26,384 nucleotides of DNA, from the IMG/VR virus record IMGVR_UViG_3300024518_001245, positions 1 through 26,384 of that record; one strand, 5' to 3'. Source of the stretch: a virus (lineage: Duplodnaviria; Caudoviricetes). A model generated the notes under the pieces. That model did not search any database and was not told where the DNA came from. It saw nothing but the letters and a program-made list of their open reading frames with translations. Position numbers and translations under genes: made by a program. Below are positions 11,707 through 20,586 of the stretch, piece by piece (position 1 is the stretch's first letter; every line of letters begins with the position of its first letter).

Positions 11707-14700
11707 CGGGCTCCACCTTCGGGATGATTGACTGGATGAACATATGCTCAGGCTTGGTCTGCCTGATCTTAACGTGGGCACCGGGGTTGAAGTCGCTAAT
11801 GATCGACGTCTCGAAGGAACCGGTGTACTCCTCGTTGGCCACCGCGTTCACGGGGAACCCTGCGTCTACCCACGTCTCGCCGTCTTGGCTCAGTTCGAAT
11901 ACCTTGGTGCCCGAGACGGTGGTGGTGACGGACGGGATCGCCATGCTGGTTCCTATGGACGTCCCTTGCGCATCGTTGATATCAAGAGTGTCCAGCTCTT
12001 GCGTGAACATATGACCGAAGATCGCGTTCGACGCCCACTCGCCTGCCGGCATATTCCAGACGCCATAGACATCGCAGGTCTGGTTCTCGTACAACCGGCC
12101 ATCGGCGACTACCGAAAACGTCGTGCCGTACAGGTGCTGCATCCCGGAGAAGCTATTATATGCGCGCTGTACGTAGCCAGGAGATTCCCCGGTAGGGAAT
12201 GCTGTCGGTCGATAGATAGCCGCCCCAGTATCCACGTGAGCAAGGAAGACAAATCCGGGCAGCGGCACGCCGAATAGATCGAAGTTCATATAGTACGCGC
12301 CGAATTCAGATAGCAGGTCAGGCGGGGTGGCTGGACCGAAGAGTCTGAACCTGTCGAGTGGGGTGTAGGGCGTGTACCCGCTGTCGTTGAAGGTCCAGTA
12401 CGCCGCCCACGCGGGTTGATAACCCGTTCCGGTTGGGTCTACGATATTCCAAACGTCAGCGTTAAACTCAACAGCACCGTCCAGCATGAAGCGGTCGCCA
12501 GCGAAAGATGATCGGATCCTTGAGTGCTTCCGCTCTACGTACCTATCCGCCGCAAGCGGCGACCCATGCTCGCGCTCGACGATCGCGTACAGGAAGTCTT
12601 CGTCCTGCTCGAAGGCTTGACCTAGAGCTTTACAGTCTCCTCCTGTTATGGCGTGCTGGTGCCATGCGACGACCTCGTTCTGCTTGTGGTACGTGACAGC
12701 GGTGAGGTCCCCATCGTCCATGGCAAGCCAAGCGCAATGGTTCCGCTTCTCTTCGACCGCCACGTCTACAATCTGTCGCTCTTCGAACAGGTGGTATGCT
12801 AGATAATTCAAGTCGCTCGACAGAATGGTCTGGGGTCCGCCCTCCGACACGAACTGGATATCTCTGACAGACTTCCTGTCGTCGGTCACGAACAGCGCAG
12901 ACGACCCGAACAGGCCCGGCCTAACATGGCTCGACCCCCAAGACGTCGGCATCTTCGGATTGCCCGAGGACGGCGTCAATAGGTCGCCTGCGTCGGTAAG
13001 CATCCACTCGCCATCGGCCGTAAGCGCTATGAGCGTACCGATGTTGAGCAGGTGCCTGATCTGATGCGGGCGACGCGAGCCCAGCGTCATCTGGACAGGG
13101 TCGGTCTCCTTCACGAACTTGCGTGTGTTGAAGTCCCTGAAGCCGGAGGCGGCGCTCGTCCACACCGCCTGGATGTCCTCGTCTGACCCAGCCAGGGCGA
13201 GCCTCTGCTCGTTATATTCAACTGCTCCAGGGTACTCGCCTGCTTGCCCGAAAGGGGACCGCGGCTTCAACGTCGTAGTCGACGGGTCGGGCGTTATGTT
13301 GCCGAAGTCGACAAACGGCACGGGTCCACCTCCGGCGCCATCGAACGTGGCGCCGTCGACGATCTTCCTTGTTATGTCTGCCTGGAGGACTTCGGCCAGT
13401 AGCTGGAAATAGAAGTTCTCGTTGCCGTAGACGGAATCGTAGAGCGTGATGTCTTTGCGATAGATCCGGTACGACTGCACATCCGTCCTATCCCAGTCGA
13501 GATTGTAGCCTGGTGGAAGAAAGAGCAGCTTGCCATAAGTGGTGAGCGGGCCGAAGCCGCTGCAATCGAAGTCAGGGATGTAGCACTCGTTGGTGTTGGC
13601 AAGAGAGTAGACAGGCCAGTCCCTGCCGATCAGCGTGACCATCGTCGGGAGGAACGTCTCTACATTCCAAATCCTGACCCGATGCCCGTCTTCCACGCTC
13701 TGGTTCATCGGCATGTAGTTGCCGGTGGTGGTGAGCTTCGTCTCGCCACCAACTGAAGCCATCGACCACTCCGCGATGTTCAGGTCTTGCTCTTGCTTGC
13801 CGTACCCGAGCAGCTTCTCATACTTGCCGTTGGTGCCGTTGCCCCATCCGGTCGCGTTGACGTTGATCGTGAATGTTAGGTCGGTGACGGGCTCGATGAT
13901 TTCCCACGGCCCGGCAGGGAAGTTCAGGTTGTTGCCAGGGAGCGGTGTCGGCAGAAAGCCTGTGAGCTTGACCCAATTACCAGCGACGAGGTTGTGTGGC
14001 AGCTGGCTCATGATGAGCGGAGGGTTGCCTGCAGTGAAAGATGCCGCGCCCGTATTGTCTATGAATGTGCTCGGCCCGTAAGTCGTGCCGCCTGCTTGAT
14101 TAGGGTTGGCATAGAAGCTGATATCGTAGGCGCCGAAGATCGAAGACGCATTGGCTATATTCGAGTCCTTCCAATGGTTCGTCGTCTCATAGTCACCGAA
14201 GTATTCAAACTTGTCGTCGCTATCAACCACCCGCTGGAGCGTCTCCACCCCCCTCCAATCGACCGCGGTGATGGCGTATTCGTAATAGATCCCGGTGGCG
14301 TCCGTGAACCCAACGTGCCGCACGATCTTAGGACGAGAAGGCTCTTCGATGTTCGAACCGAAGGTCATGGGCAGCATCGTCCACTCGTAGTCGAAGCTCT
14401 CTCCGCGGGCGAGTTCATACACGGGATGGCCGGTATGGGTGAACGTCATGACGTCGCCGGACTGCGTATACTTCAGCTTCTCCAGGTCGGCCTCGCTGTA
14501 CGGGGTGACGACTTCGAAGATTTCCTTCACCGTGCCGCCGTTACCTATCGCCCATGTCGATCCGTTGACGTTGAGCCCGAAGGTGTTGGCTGTTATCGGA
14601 GCCGTAACAATCAGCGGCATGATGAGAGGCTCTTCTATGAACCCTCCAGGGTCCGGGTACGGGAGCATCCCATCGAAGATCACTTCTTGGCCGGCGAGGT

Positions 14701-15088
14701 ACCCGTGAGGCTGGTTGGCGTCGATGATAGGCGTGACTCCTGGCGTCAGACTGCCCACCGGGTTCATCGTAAGCTCAGGTCCATAGATCGGAGCGGCGTC
14801 CTTGAAGAACCTCATGTAGTACTCGCCAAGCTCAATGACATATACTTGTTCATTGTTGAACTTGAATTCAATGAGCCTAGATGCTGTGACGTTCTTGCAC
14901 CTAGCGAGCACCTCGAAGCCGGTGCGGCTCTCTGCGCCACCAGATATCCTTGGGATCATGTTGCTCATCTTCGCAACGCTTTTCCCATACAGCTCAAGAT
15001 CTGTTCTGGCTGAAGCCTCCGGGCTGATCTCCCCGGCATTAAACGAGAGCTGGGGGATCTTCGGGCTCGCCTTCACCTTCCCTGCCAT
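11699..15088 (-). CDS. Tail tubular protein B / nozzle (T7 gp12-like), 1129 aa, with inserted beta-domains
   Basis: SFNAGEISP...RTDL, GGAESRTG, YTQSGDVM..TH, YPGAV.Y.EQRL.LAG, EVVAWHQH, YVE motifs; TAATG overlap with tube A. Confidence 0.9.
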   Translation of the reverse strand: MAGKVKASPKIPQLSFNAGEISPEASARTDLELYGKSVAKMSNMIPRISGGAESRTGFEVLARCKNVTASRLIEFKFNNEQVYVIELGEYYMRFFKDAAPIYGPELTMNPVGSLTPGVTPIIDANQPHGYLAGQEVIFDGMLPYPDPGGFIEEPLIMPLIVTAPITANTFGLNVNGSTWAIGNGGTVKEIFEVVTPYSEADLEKLKYTQSGDVMTFTHTGHPVYELARGESFDYEWTMLPMTFGSNIEEPSRPKIVRHVGFTDATGIYYEYAITAVDWRGVETLQRVVDSDDKFEYFGDYETTNHWKDSNIANASSIFGAYDISFYANPNQAGGTTYGPSTFIDNTGAASFTAGNPPLIMSQLPHNLVAGNWVKLTGFLPTPLPGNNLNFPAGPWEIIEPVTDLTFTINVNATGWGNGTNGKYEKLLGYGKQEQDLNIAEWSMASVGGETKLTTTGNYMPMNQSVEDGHRVRIWNVETFLPTMVTLIGRDWPVYSLANTNECYIPDFDCSGFGPLTTYGKLLFLPPGYNLDWDRTDVQSYRIYRKDITLYDSVYGNENFYFQLLAEVLQADITRKIVDGATFDGAGGGPVPFVDFGNITPDPSTTTLKPRSPFGQAGEYPGAVEYNEQRLALAGSDEDIQAVWTSAASGFRDFNTRKFVKETDPVQMTLGSRRPHQIRHLLNIGTLIALTADGEWMLTDAGDLLTPSSGNPKMPTSWGSSHVRPGLFGSSALFVTDDRKSVRDIQFVSEGGPQTILSSDLNYLAYHLFEERQIVDVAVEEKRNHCAWLAMDDGDLTAVTYHKQNEVVAWHQHAITGGDCKALGQAFEQDEDFLYAIVEREHGSPLAADRYVERKHSRIRSSFAGDRFMLDGAVEFNADVWNIVDPTGTGYQPAWAAYWTFNDSGYTPYTPLDRFRLFGPATPPDLLSEFGAYYMNFDLFGVPLPGFVFLAHVDTGAAIYRPTAFPTGESPGYVQRAYNSFSGMQHLYGTTFSVVADGRLYENQTCDVYGVWNMPAGEWASNAIFGHMFTQELDTLDINDAQGTSIGTSMAIPSVTTTVSGTKVFELSQDGETWVDAGFPVNAVANEEYTGSFETSIISDFNPGAHVKIRQTKPEHMFIQSIIPKVEPGA

Positions 15089-15693
15089 TAACCTCTGCTC
15101 CTGGTTGTCTCCGCATCGACAAATGTGTCGTCGCGACCCTGCTCGTTTTGGTTCACACCGTTGGCTACGTGCAGCGCCAGTATCGCGAGTTCGTTGACCC
15201 GCTCCGACGTCACCGCTGTGCCTCTGAGTGGGAACGCTATCCGAGTCGCCAGCGTCATGGCGAAAGCCTCGACGAAGTTCTCGTCGAAGAGCGCGACGTC
15301 CGTGACATCCATAGTGTAAGAAAGCACGGCGCCCTCTACGTCAGTGAAGAACAGCTTGGCGGTCCCTGCTTGATCGAGCGCGACCTCCCACGGAGGATTG
15401 ACAAGCCGAGGGTTGGGCATCTCGACCACAATGAACCGGCCCTTGAGATAGCCAGCGGGTAGATCGTAGTTATACGTCCAGCGCAGAGGCACTTCGACAT
15501 TCGCTACGAGCGCTACCGTCTGAGAAGCAAAGTTCCAATGAGCGGCCCGCAACATCGACTTCTTCGTATCTTCATAGATCGCGTTGCACAACACGGACTC
15601 GGTCTTGTTAGTTGCGGTTATGTCAGCCATCACAGCCTTCGATCCAATAAAGGAGAGGGCCAGATTGCAAATATCTTCTTTCGTTGCTGCCAT
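15088..15693 (-). CDS. Tail tubular protein A / adaptor (T7 gp11-like), 201 aa
   Basis: Start moved to ATG 15693 (GGAGG RBS). Contains ICNLALSFIG, LRAAHWNFA, YDLPAGYL and FDENFVEAFAMTLA. Confidence 0.9.
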   Translation of the reverse strand: MAATKEDICNLALSFIGSKAVMADITATNKTESVLCNAIYEDTKKSMLRAAHWNFASQTVALVANVEVPLRWTYNYDLPAGYLKGRFIVVEMPNPRLVNPPWEVALDQAGTAKLFFTDVEGAVLSYTMDVTDVALFDENFVEAFAMTLATRIAFPLRGTAVTSERVNELAILALHVANGVNQNEQGRDDTFVDAETTRSRG

Positions 15694-15703
15694 GTTTCCT
15701 CCG

Positions 15704-15748
15704 AAGAACACAGGCGGCGAAGGGGGGAGCGATCCCCTCCGCCACCTG
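15704..15748 (-). terminator. GC-rich hairpin, probable intrinsic terminator or attenuator after the capsid genes
   Basis: Minus strand CAGGTGGCGGAGGGG-loop-CCCCTTCGCCGCCTG (15 pairs including 2 G-U) followed by TGTTCTT. Confidence 0.65.
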
Positions 15749-15759
15749 CTGGCTTGGCG

Positions 15760-16071
15760 CTAAGAGACGCCCTTAGACTTAGACGGACTGCCGGGTTCGT
15801 CCTTGCCCTTAGGCTTACTCTTGCCTTGCGCGCTGCCGCCTCCCGCTACGGAGACACTGCCTTCACCATCTTCCTTGAGCGGCTCCAACTCATCCTCGAA
15901 CTCGACCGGAGTCCCGTCGAGATTGACGAGGTCTTCCGGCCAGCCGCGAGGCCAGCGTCGAACCTCCTCGACCTGCTCGTCAGTGAGCTGGACCTCATCC
16001 TTGCCGGGGGTATCCGGCTTGATGAAGCGGCCAAAGAGGATCCGCTTGCGCTTGCCCATAAAGCTATGCAC
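15760..16071 (-). CDS. Hypothetical protein following the cement gene, with a Lys/Gly/Ser-rich tail
   Basis: GTG start 8 nt after GGAGG, overlapping the cement gene stop; occupies a slot typical of BPP-1-like head modules. Confidence 0.65.
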   Translation of the reverse strand: MHSFMGKRKRILFGRFIKPDTPGKDEVQLTDEQVEEVRRWPRGWPEDLVNLDGTPVEFEDELEPLKEDGEGSVSVAGGGSAQGKSKPKGKDEPGSPSKSKGVS

Positions 16072-16519
16072 TCGGGTATCCTCCCAGCCTGTTCGGCGTA
16101 GTGCCGGCCTTCTGGATCTTGCAATTGACGATGCCGGCCGTCAGGGCCGCGCCGCCGGTCGGATACACCTGGACCTGCAGATAACGAAGGCACTTGCGAG
16201 GCATGATGAGCGCGAACTCGCCGGGGGTATCCCAGAAGCCAGTGACGTTGATATCGCCGCTGGAACCCATCATGGCGCCACTGGTCAGAGTCCACGAACT
16301 TGGACCCGATCCACCGAGAACTGCGGCCGCATTGACCCGAGCCTCGATGGACGTGACTGCGGCACCGGAGACAGCGGTCTCGATGCCAAGGAAGACCTCG
16401 ATTGGATCACCGATATTGATATCGCGATCCGCCGAAGAGAGGTCGATGATTGTGGAGAGCAGGATTCCCGAAGTGCTGAAATCGTAGCCATCCCAGAACA
16501 TGTTTAGTGCATCTTGCAT
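16064..16519 (-). CDS. Capsid cement/decoration protein (Bbp16-like)
   Basis: MQDALNMF.D...STIIDL...DINIGDPI...LRYLQVQV...TAG: beta-rich pattern, directly after the major capsid gene, AAAGGA RBS. Confidence 0.8.
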   Translation of the reverse strand: MQDALNMFWDGYDFSTSGILLSTIIDLSSADRDINIGDPIEVFLGIETAVSGAAVTSIEARVNAAAVLGGSGPSSWTLTSGAMMGSSGDINVTGFWDTPGEFALIMPRKCLRYLQVQVYPTGGAALTAGIVNCKIQKAGTTPNRLGGYPSA

Positions 16520-16583
16520 TCTGTGTTCCTTTGTCTTGAATTGGAGTATGCAACGCTGATGACCATGCTGAGCCTCGAAGGGA

Positions 16584-17585
16584 TCAGACGGCTACCGGCT
16601 GCTCCAGGTTGGTGATGGCGTCCGTCATGCGAATCGGGATACCCAGGAAGTGCGTCGTCGGCTGACCGCCGTAGTTGTCAACGGTCAGCGTCGGCGAAGA
16701 CTTCTCCATGATCATGATGTCCAGCTGCGTCTTGACGAGGCGATTGCAGTAGATCACCAAGTTGCCCATGCCGATGGTCTGGATCGAGTTGTAAGCTCGG
16801 ATCATCAGCTGGATGAGCGCGGTGCTCGTATCGACGAGCAAGTCAACGGTGTCGATGTTGGCGATGCGCGCGTTGTATCGCCAATCCCGAACCACGAGTC
16901 CGAGGTCCCACTTGTAGTGAGTGCGGAAGCCTTGGAACTGACCACCGTTCCCATCCGAGAGGGTGTGCTCGCCGAGGTCCCTGTTCGAGAGCCCGATCTG
17001 CGATCCCTTCGGATACGTCAGGAAGGTCGTGTTCGGACCCCATGTGACGAACCATATCGACGTGTGATCGCCACCGGTCGAGCCCGGCTTGTAGTTCTGA
17101 ACCTGATTCGAACTCGGGATCGATGCGTTGACGCTGTTGTAGCGCGGAGCCAATCCGTTGAACTCATCGGGCGCGGTGGTGGTGTCGCCGTAGAGAACGG
17201 TGTCTGACATCTCCTGGTTCATGGCTTCAATGAACGCCATGTCTTCGGTGAGCCGCATCGCTGCCGGGTTCGACGAGAGATCGATGATCTGCTTGTCGAC
17301 TTCGGCGTAGACTTCGAGCATGCCGATCGGGTCATCGACCTGAGCGGTGACACTCTTGGCTCGCTGCACACCAGCGTTCAGCTTGCGCCAGTACGTCGGC
17401 GGCAAACCAGTCCGGACGGTAGTCCGGTGATGCGTGGCCCCATTGGCCTCCATGACAGTCGCGTCTGCGATCATCGGATTGGTCTTCGACAACAGTTCGA
17501 CGATGTCGGCAACCGTGTTGTCTGGATCATTACGCTTGAGCGTGTCAGCGTAAGAGAGCATTGTTCCGTCGAGAATTCCGGCCAT
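16584..17585 (-). CDS. Major capsid protein (BPP-1 Bbp17-like), 333 aa
   Basis: IVELLSKTN, EAN..T.HRTTVRTGLP, WRKLN.GV, F.GLAPRY, TSIW, VRDWRY..RIANID, GIPIR.TDAI; GAGGA RBS. Confidence 0.93.
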   Translation of the reverse strand: MAGILDGTMLSYADTLKRNDPDNTVADIVELLSKTNPMIADATVMEANGATHHRTTVRTGLPPTYWRKLNAGVQRAKSVTAQVDDPIGMLEVYAEVDKQIIDLSSNPAAMRLTEDMAFIEAMNQEMSDTVLYGDTTTAPDEFNGLAPRYNSVNASIPSSNQVQNYKPGSTGGDHTSIWFVTWGPNTTFLTYPKGSQIGLSNRDLGEHTLSDGNGGQFQGFRTHYKWDLGLVVRDWRYNARIANIDTVDLLVDTSTALIQLMIRAYNSIQTIGMGNLVIYCNRLVKTQLDIMIMEKSSPTLTVDNYGGQPTTHFLGIPIRMTDAITNLEQPVAV

Positions 17586-17599
17586 TGGTCCTCTTTCTT

Positions 17600-18373
17600 T
17601 TAGGCGTTATTCATCGACCCGTACATGCGTTCGCTCATCGGCTTGTCATCTCGTTTCTTGCCGAGATGCTTCGAGCCGTCAGGCAATTGTCCGCTTTCAG
17701 GGTCGTATGCGATACCGAAGCGGTGAAAGGCCCTGATGAAGTCCGGGTGATTGCCGATGCCAGTCTGATCAACCAGGGCATCGAACCTCGCCAGTCCTTC
17801 CTCGTCGTCTCCGAAGATCGACACAACGGTGGTTCGCACTCGTTGCATATTCTCTTCGAACTTCTCGCCTCCGAACTCGCTGTCCTTCAGAGACTCGCCT
17901 TGCCACTTCTTCGCCTGATCATCTTGGGCTTCTCGTTGGGCCTCTATGCCGCGCATGGTTCGCGTTGCTTCGAGGTTGATCAGCGCCTGCGCGTCTTCTT
18001 GGTTGAGCCCCTTGCCGCCATTTAGGCCGCGGACTATTTCCGAGAATTCGTTGGCATCCTGGTCGCTGATCTCCATGCCTTCAATCTCCCATGGCGAATA
18101 CGCTTCGGGCGCAAAGGTGAGATCATCACCCTTGCCCTTGTCGCCTTCGTCATCGGAGCTTGAATCATCACCACCCTTGTTTTCAGGCGTCGAGTCGTCT
18201 TCGCCGTCCTTCGGCTTGGACTCCTCTTTCTTCGAAGAGAAAGGCATGAACGATTCGCTCTTGCCCTTGTCTTCGGAAGATTCGTTTTTGTTCCCGGCGT
18301 CTTGCTGCTGCTGATCCCCGGCGTCTTGCTGCTTCCCGGCGTCTTGTTCGTTCCCGGCGTCTTCATCCGACAT
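17600..18373 (-). CDS. Capsid scaffolding/assembly protein
   Basis: Acidic low-complexity N-terminus, APEAY, GLNQEDAQAL, EFGGEKF, TGIGNHPDFIRAF and C-terminal ERMY; directly upstream of the capsid gene. Confidence 0.85.
   Translation of the reverse strand: MSDEDAGNEQDAGKQQDAGDQQQQDAGNKNESSEDKGKSESFMPFSSKKEESKPKDGEDDSTPENKGGDDSSSDDEGDKGKGDDLTFAPEAYSPWEIEGMEISDQDANEFSEIVRGLNGGKGLNQEDAQALINLEATRTMRGIEAQREAQDDQAKKWQGESLKDSEFGGEKFEENMQRVRTTVVSIFGDDEEGLARFDALVDQTGIGNHPDFIRAFHRFGIAYDPESGQLPDGSKHLGKKRDDKPMSERMYGSMNNA
18293..18363. repeat. Four copies of CCCGGCGTCTT encoding (Q/E)DAG repeats at the scaffold N-terminus
   Basis: Copies at 18293, 18317, 18335 and 18353. Confidence 0.85.
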
Positions 18374-18683
18374 TGCTTAGAAGGTCCTCTTTGAATTTCG
18401 TTGCGAAGTCCGCAACGTGCTGTGGGTTCGTCAACATCGCATCGGCATAAATCTGCGTGCCGACAGACATCACTCCGTTCAGGTAGTCATCCTTCTCTCC
18501 TGGCCCATGGATCACAAAGATCTGTGTCGTGTGCCAGAGGTAGTGCATGTACATTGCCGTAGCTGGGTTATCAAGAATCAAGCTTAGGGAGTTGAGTAGT
18601 TGCAACTTCGCGAGCTTGATCCGCTTGTTTCTCTCCTCGACGGCAGCCTCAGTGTTGGCTTGTACTAGCTGGTCTTTGCTCAT
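18363..18683 (-). CDS. Bbp19-like small protein between portal and scaffold
   Basis: 106 aa with 'YLNGVMSVG' (resembles the xxEGxRxxG motif) and the expected gene position; overlaps both neighbours. Confidence 0.65.
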   Translation of the reverse strand: MSKDQLVQANTEAAVEERNKRIKLAKLQLLNSLSLILDNPATAMYMHYLWHTTQIFVIHGPGEKDDYLNGVMSVGTQIYADAMLTNPQHVADFATKFKEDLLSNVG

Positions 18684-20383
18684 TGGGGTACTGGCTGCGC
18701 TCCTTCTATGATTCGCTCTAGTAGGTTCCCATCTTCAACTTGCGCCTGACTCGCGTCCTTCGCTGCAGCTGCTCCAGTGGCTGCTTGATCGAGCTGGTTC
18801 TGCCTCGCTTGCGCCTGCTCGCGCTGGCCTCGAATGTTGTCGACGTCTTCATCGCTTCGATTGATCCTGGCAGGCAAGCCCACGAGATCTGCGTGCGTGT
18901 CAATCGCCTGATCGATGTCGAACTTGTCCGCGTACTTCGGGTCGCCTGTCATCTGGACCATGCCGGCAACGAACTGCGCATGGCGCTCGATCGTGTAGAC
19001 GCCGACCGACTTCTGCGCCTGTGCCAGCGTGCTGATGTAGTCAATCTGCAGCTCCTGGCCGGCTATCGACTGGGGCGCATCGGGCAGGATGCCGGCTTCG
19101 AGCGCATAGTCGAAGAGGATGTCGATCACAGGGTCGAGCAGTTCGTTGCGCTGGCGCTCCATCACCGGGCCGAGCGCCTGGAGCTTCTCGTCCGATCGCT
19201 CTTCGACCTCTCGCGCAGTGCGCTGCACGTTGGACTGGCTGGCCAGGAGGAAGAGATCAACCTTGAAGGCTCGCCTGATGCGCTCCTCGGTTTCGGTGAG
19301 CTTAGCCTGCATCTCACCCAGCCTGGGGTTGATCTGGTAGACGGCAGAAAGGACCGGCCTAGAGACCTGGGTGTCCGGCCCGAGCGTGACGCCGCCGGGT
19401 AGCAGTGAGATCGGTTGATTCTGGAGCCCCAGGCTGCCCGCAACGGGCGGTGCTCCGACAAGCTCCATCTGCTTGGCGAGACGACGCTCTCCCATCTGCA
19501 GACCCTTGACGGCCGACAGGGCGTACATGGCGGGCGACCATCCGTAGACGTCTTCGCCGACGACATCCCAGCGCGGCATAACGACCGGCATGATCCGATA
19601 TCCAGACACCCGGTAGAACCCGTCTTCAGCCTTCGAGCCCTTCTCCCAGAAGACGCACCGGTAGGCCCACTTCTCGCTGTTGAAGAGGCCGACGTCGATC
19701 CGGTCGTCGTTCTCTTCCCAGAGGACCTGGATCGTCCTGGTCGCGCCGAGGTCGCCTTCCTTGTAGAGGTTCGCGATGGCGTTGGATACGTGATGCCTCC
19801 GGCCTTCGCCGGGCAGCCCGAACGCGTCAACCATTTGCTCGACCGTCATGTCGTACTCGATCGTGAAGGCAGAGAGTTGATTCTTCGAGTTCGTAGCGGC
19901 GGCGTACTGGCCGGCGGTGAACGTCTTGCACCGGATGATGTCATCGAAGTCTCGATCTATAAGCATGGCGGCGGTGCCGAATAGCGATTGCTCTGAGAAC
20001 AGAGAATGGACCGAGTCGTAGAAGTTGGACTTCTCGAAGACGCGATAGAAGATCCGCTCAACGTCGTCGAGCCAGAACCTAACGTCGCCCGCCTCCTTGA
20101 GCCGCTGGTCGTTGACGCCGATGCCGAACCAGCGCCTAGCTGGATTGGTGACACCGGAGAAGATGTTATTCGTGAGCGACTCATGCGCGAGCATGCCCGC
20201 CTCGTTGATGATGGACCCGTTCTTCTTGGTTCCCTTGTTGCGATCGCCGGACAGGAACCTGCCAAGCCTGGGCTGATAGTATGCCGACAACTCGCGGAAA
20301 TGAGGAATCCACGTAGCCCTGTCCGCATACATCGACAGGACTCTGCTAGCCAACATCTCGCGTGCGCTCTTGGACGCGATCAT
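18680..20383 (-). CDS. Portal / head-to-tail connector protein, 567 aa
   Basis: NPARRWF, SNFY, FGTA, PRWDV..EDVYG.SP, RTAREVEERSDEKL..LGPV.ER..ELL.P, YIS.LAQAQK. Confidence 0.95.
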   Translation of the reverse strand: MIASKSAREMLASRVLSMYADRATWIPHFRELSAYYQPRLGRFLSGDRNKGTKKNGSIINEAGMLAHESLTNNIFSGVTNPARRWFGIGVNDQRLKEAGDVRFWLDDVERIFYRVFEKSNFYDSVHSLFSEQSLFGTAAMLIDRDFDDIIRCKTFTAGQYAAATNSKNQLSAFTIEYDMTVEQMVDAFGLPGEGRRHHVSNAIANLYKEGDLGATRTIQVLWEENDDRIDVGLFNSEKWAYRCVFWEKGSKAEDGFYRVSGYRIMPVVMPRWDVVGEDVYGWSPAMYALSAVKGLQMGERRLAKQMELVGAPPVAGSLGLQNQPISLLPGGVTLGPDTQVSRPVLSAVYQINPRLGEMQAKLTETEERIRRAFKVDLFLLASQSNVQRTAREVEERSDEKLQALGPVMERQRNELLDPVIDILFDYALEAGILPDAPQSIAGQELQIDYISTLAQAQKSVGVYTIERHAQFVAGMVQMTGDPKYADKFDIDQAIDTHADLVGLPARINRSDEDVDNIRGQREQAQARQNQLDQAATGAAAAKDASQAQVEDGNLLERIIEGAQPVPQ

Positions 20384-20586
20384 ATGGACACCGTCGCAGA
20401 TGCCCGCTTCTGGTTGAGCTTGTTGTCTGTGACTCGACCTCTAGCTCCGCCTGACGTCAAGAACGTCGAAGACGTGCCTGACTTCTGTCGCTTGTCGACT
20501 GGCCGACTGCCGAAGAGGATCGCGGCATCGAACGTCGGAGGGATAATGGGCGGAGTGGGGTCTTGTGCGCTCGGGCTGCTGCACAT
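20380..20586 (-). CDS. Small pre-portal protein, 68 aa
   Basis: MC-start Pro-rich N-terminus and GTSSTFLTSG motif; fills the gap between terL and portal exactly. Confidence 0.7.
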   Translation of the reverse strand: MCSSPSAQDPTPPIIPPTFDAAILFGSRPVDKRQKSGTSSTFLTSGGARGRVTDNKLNQKRASATVSI

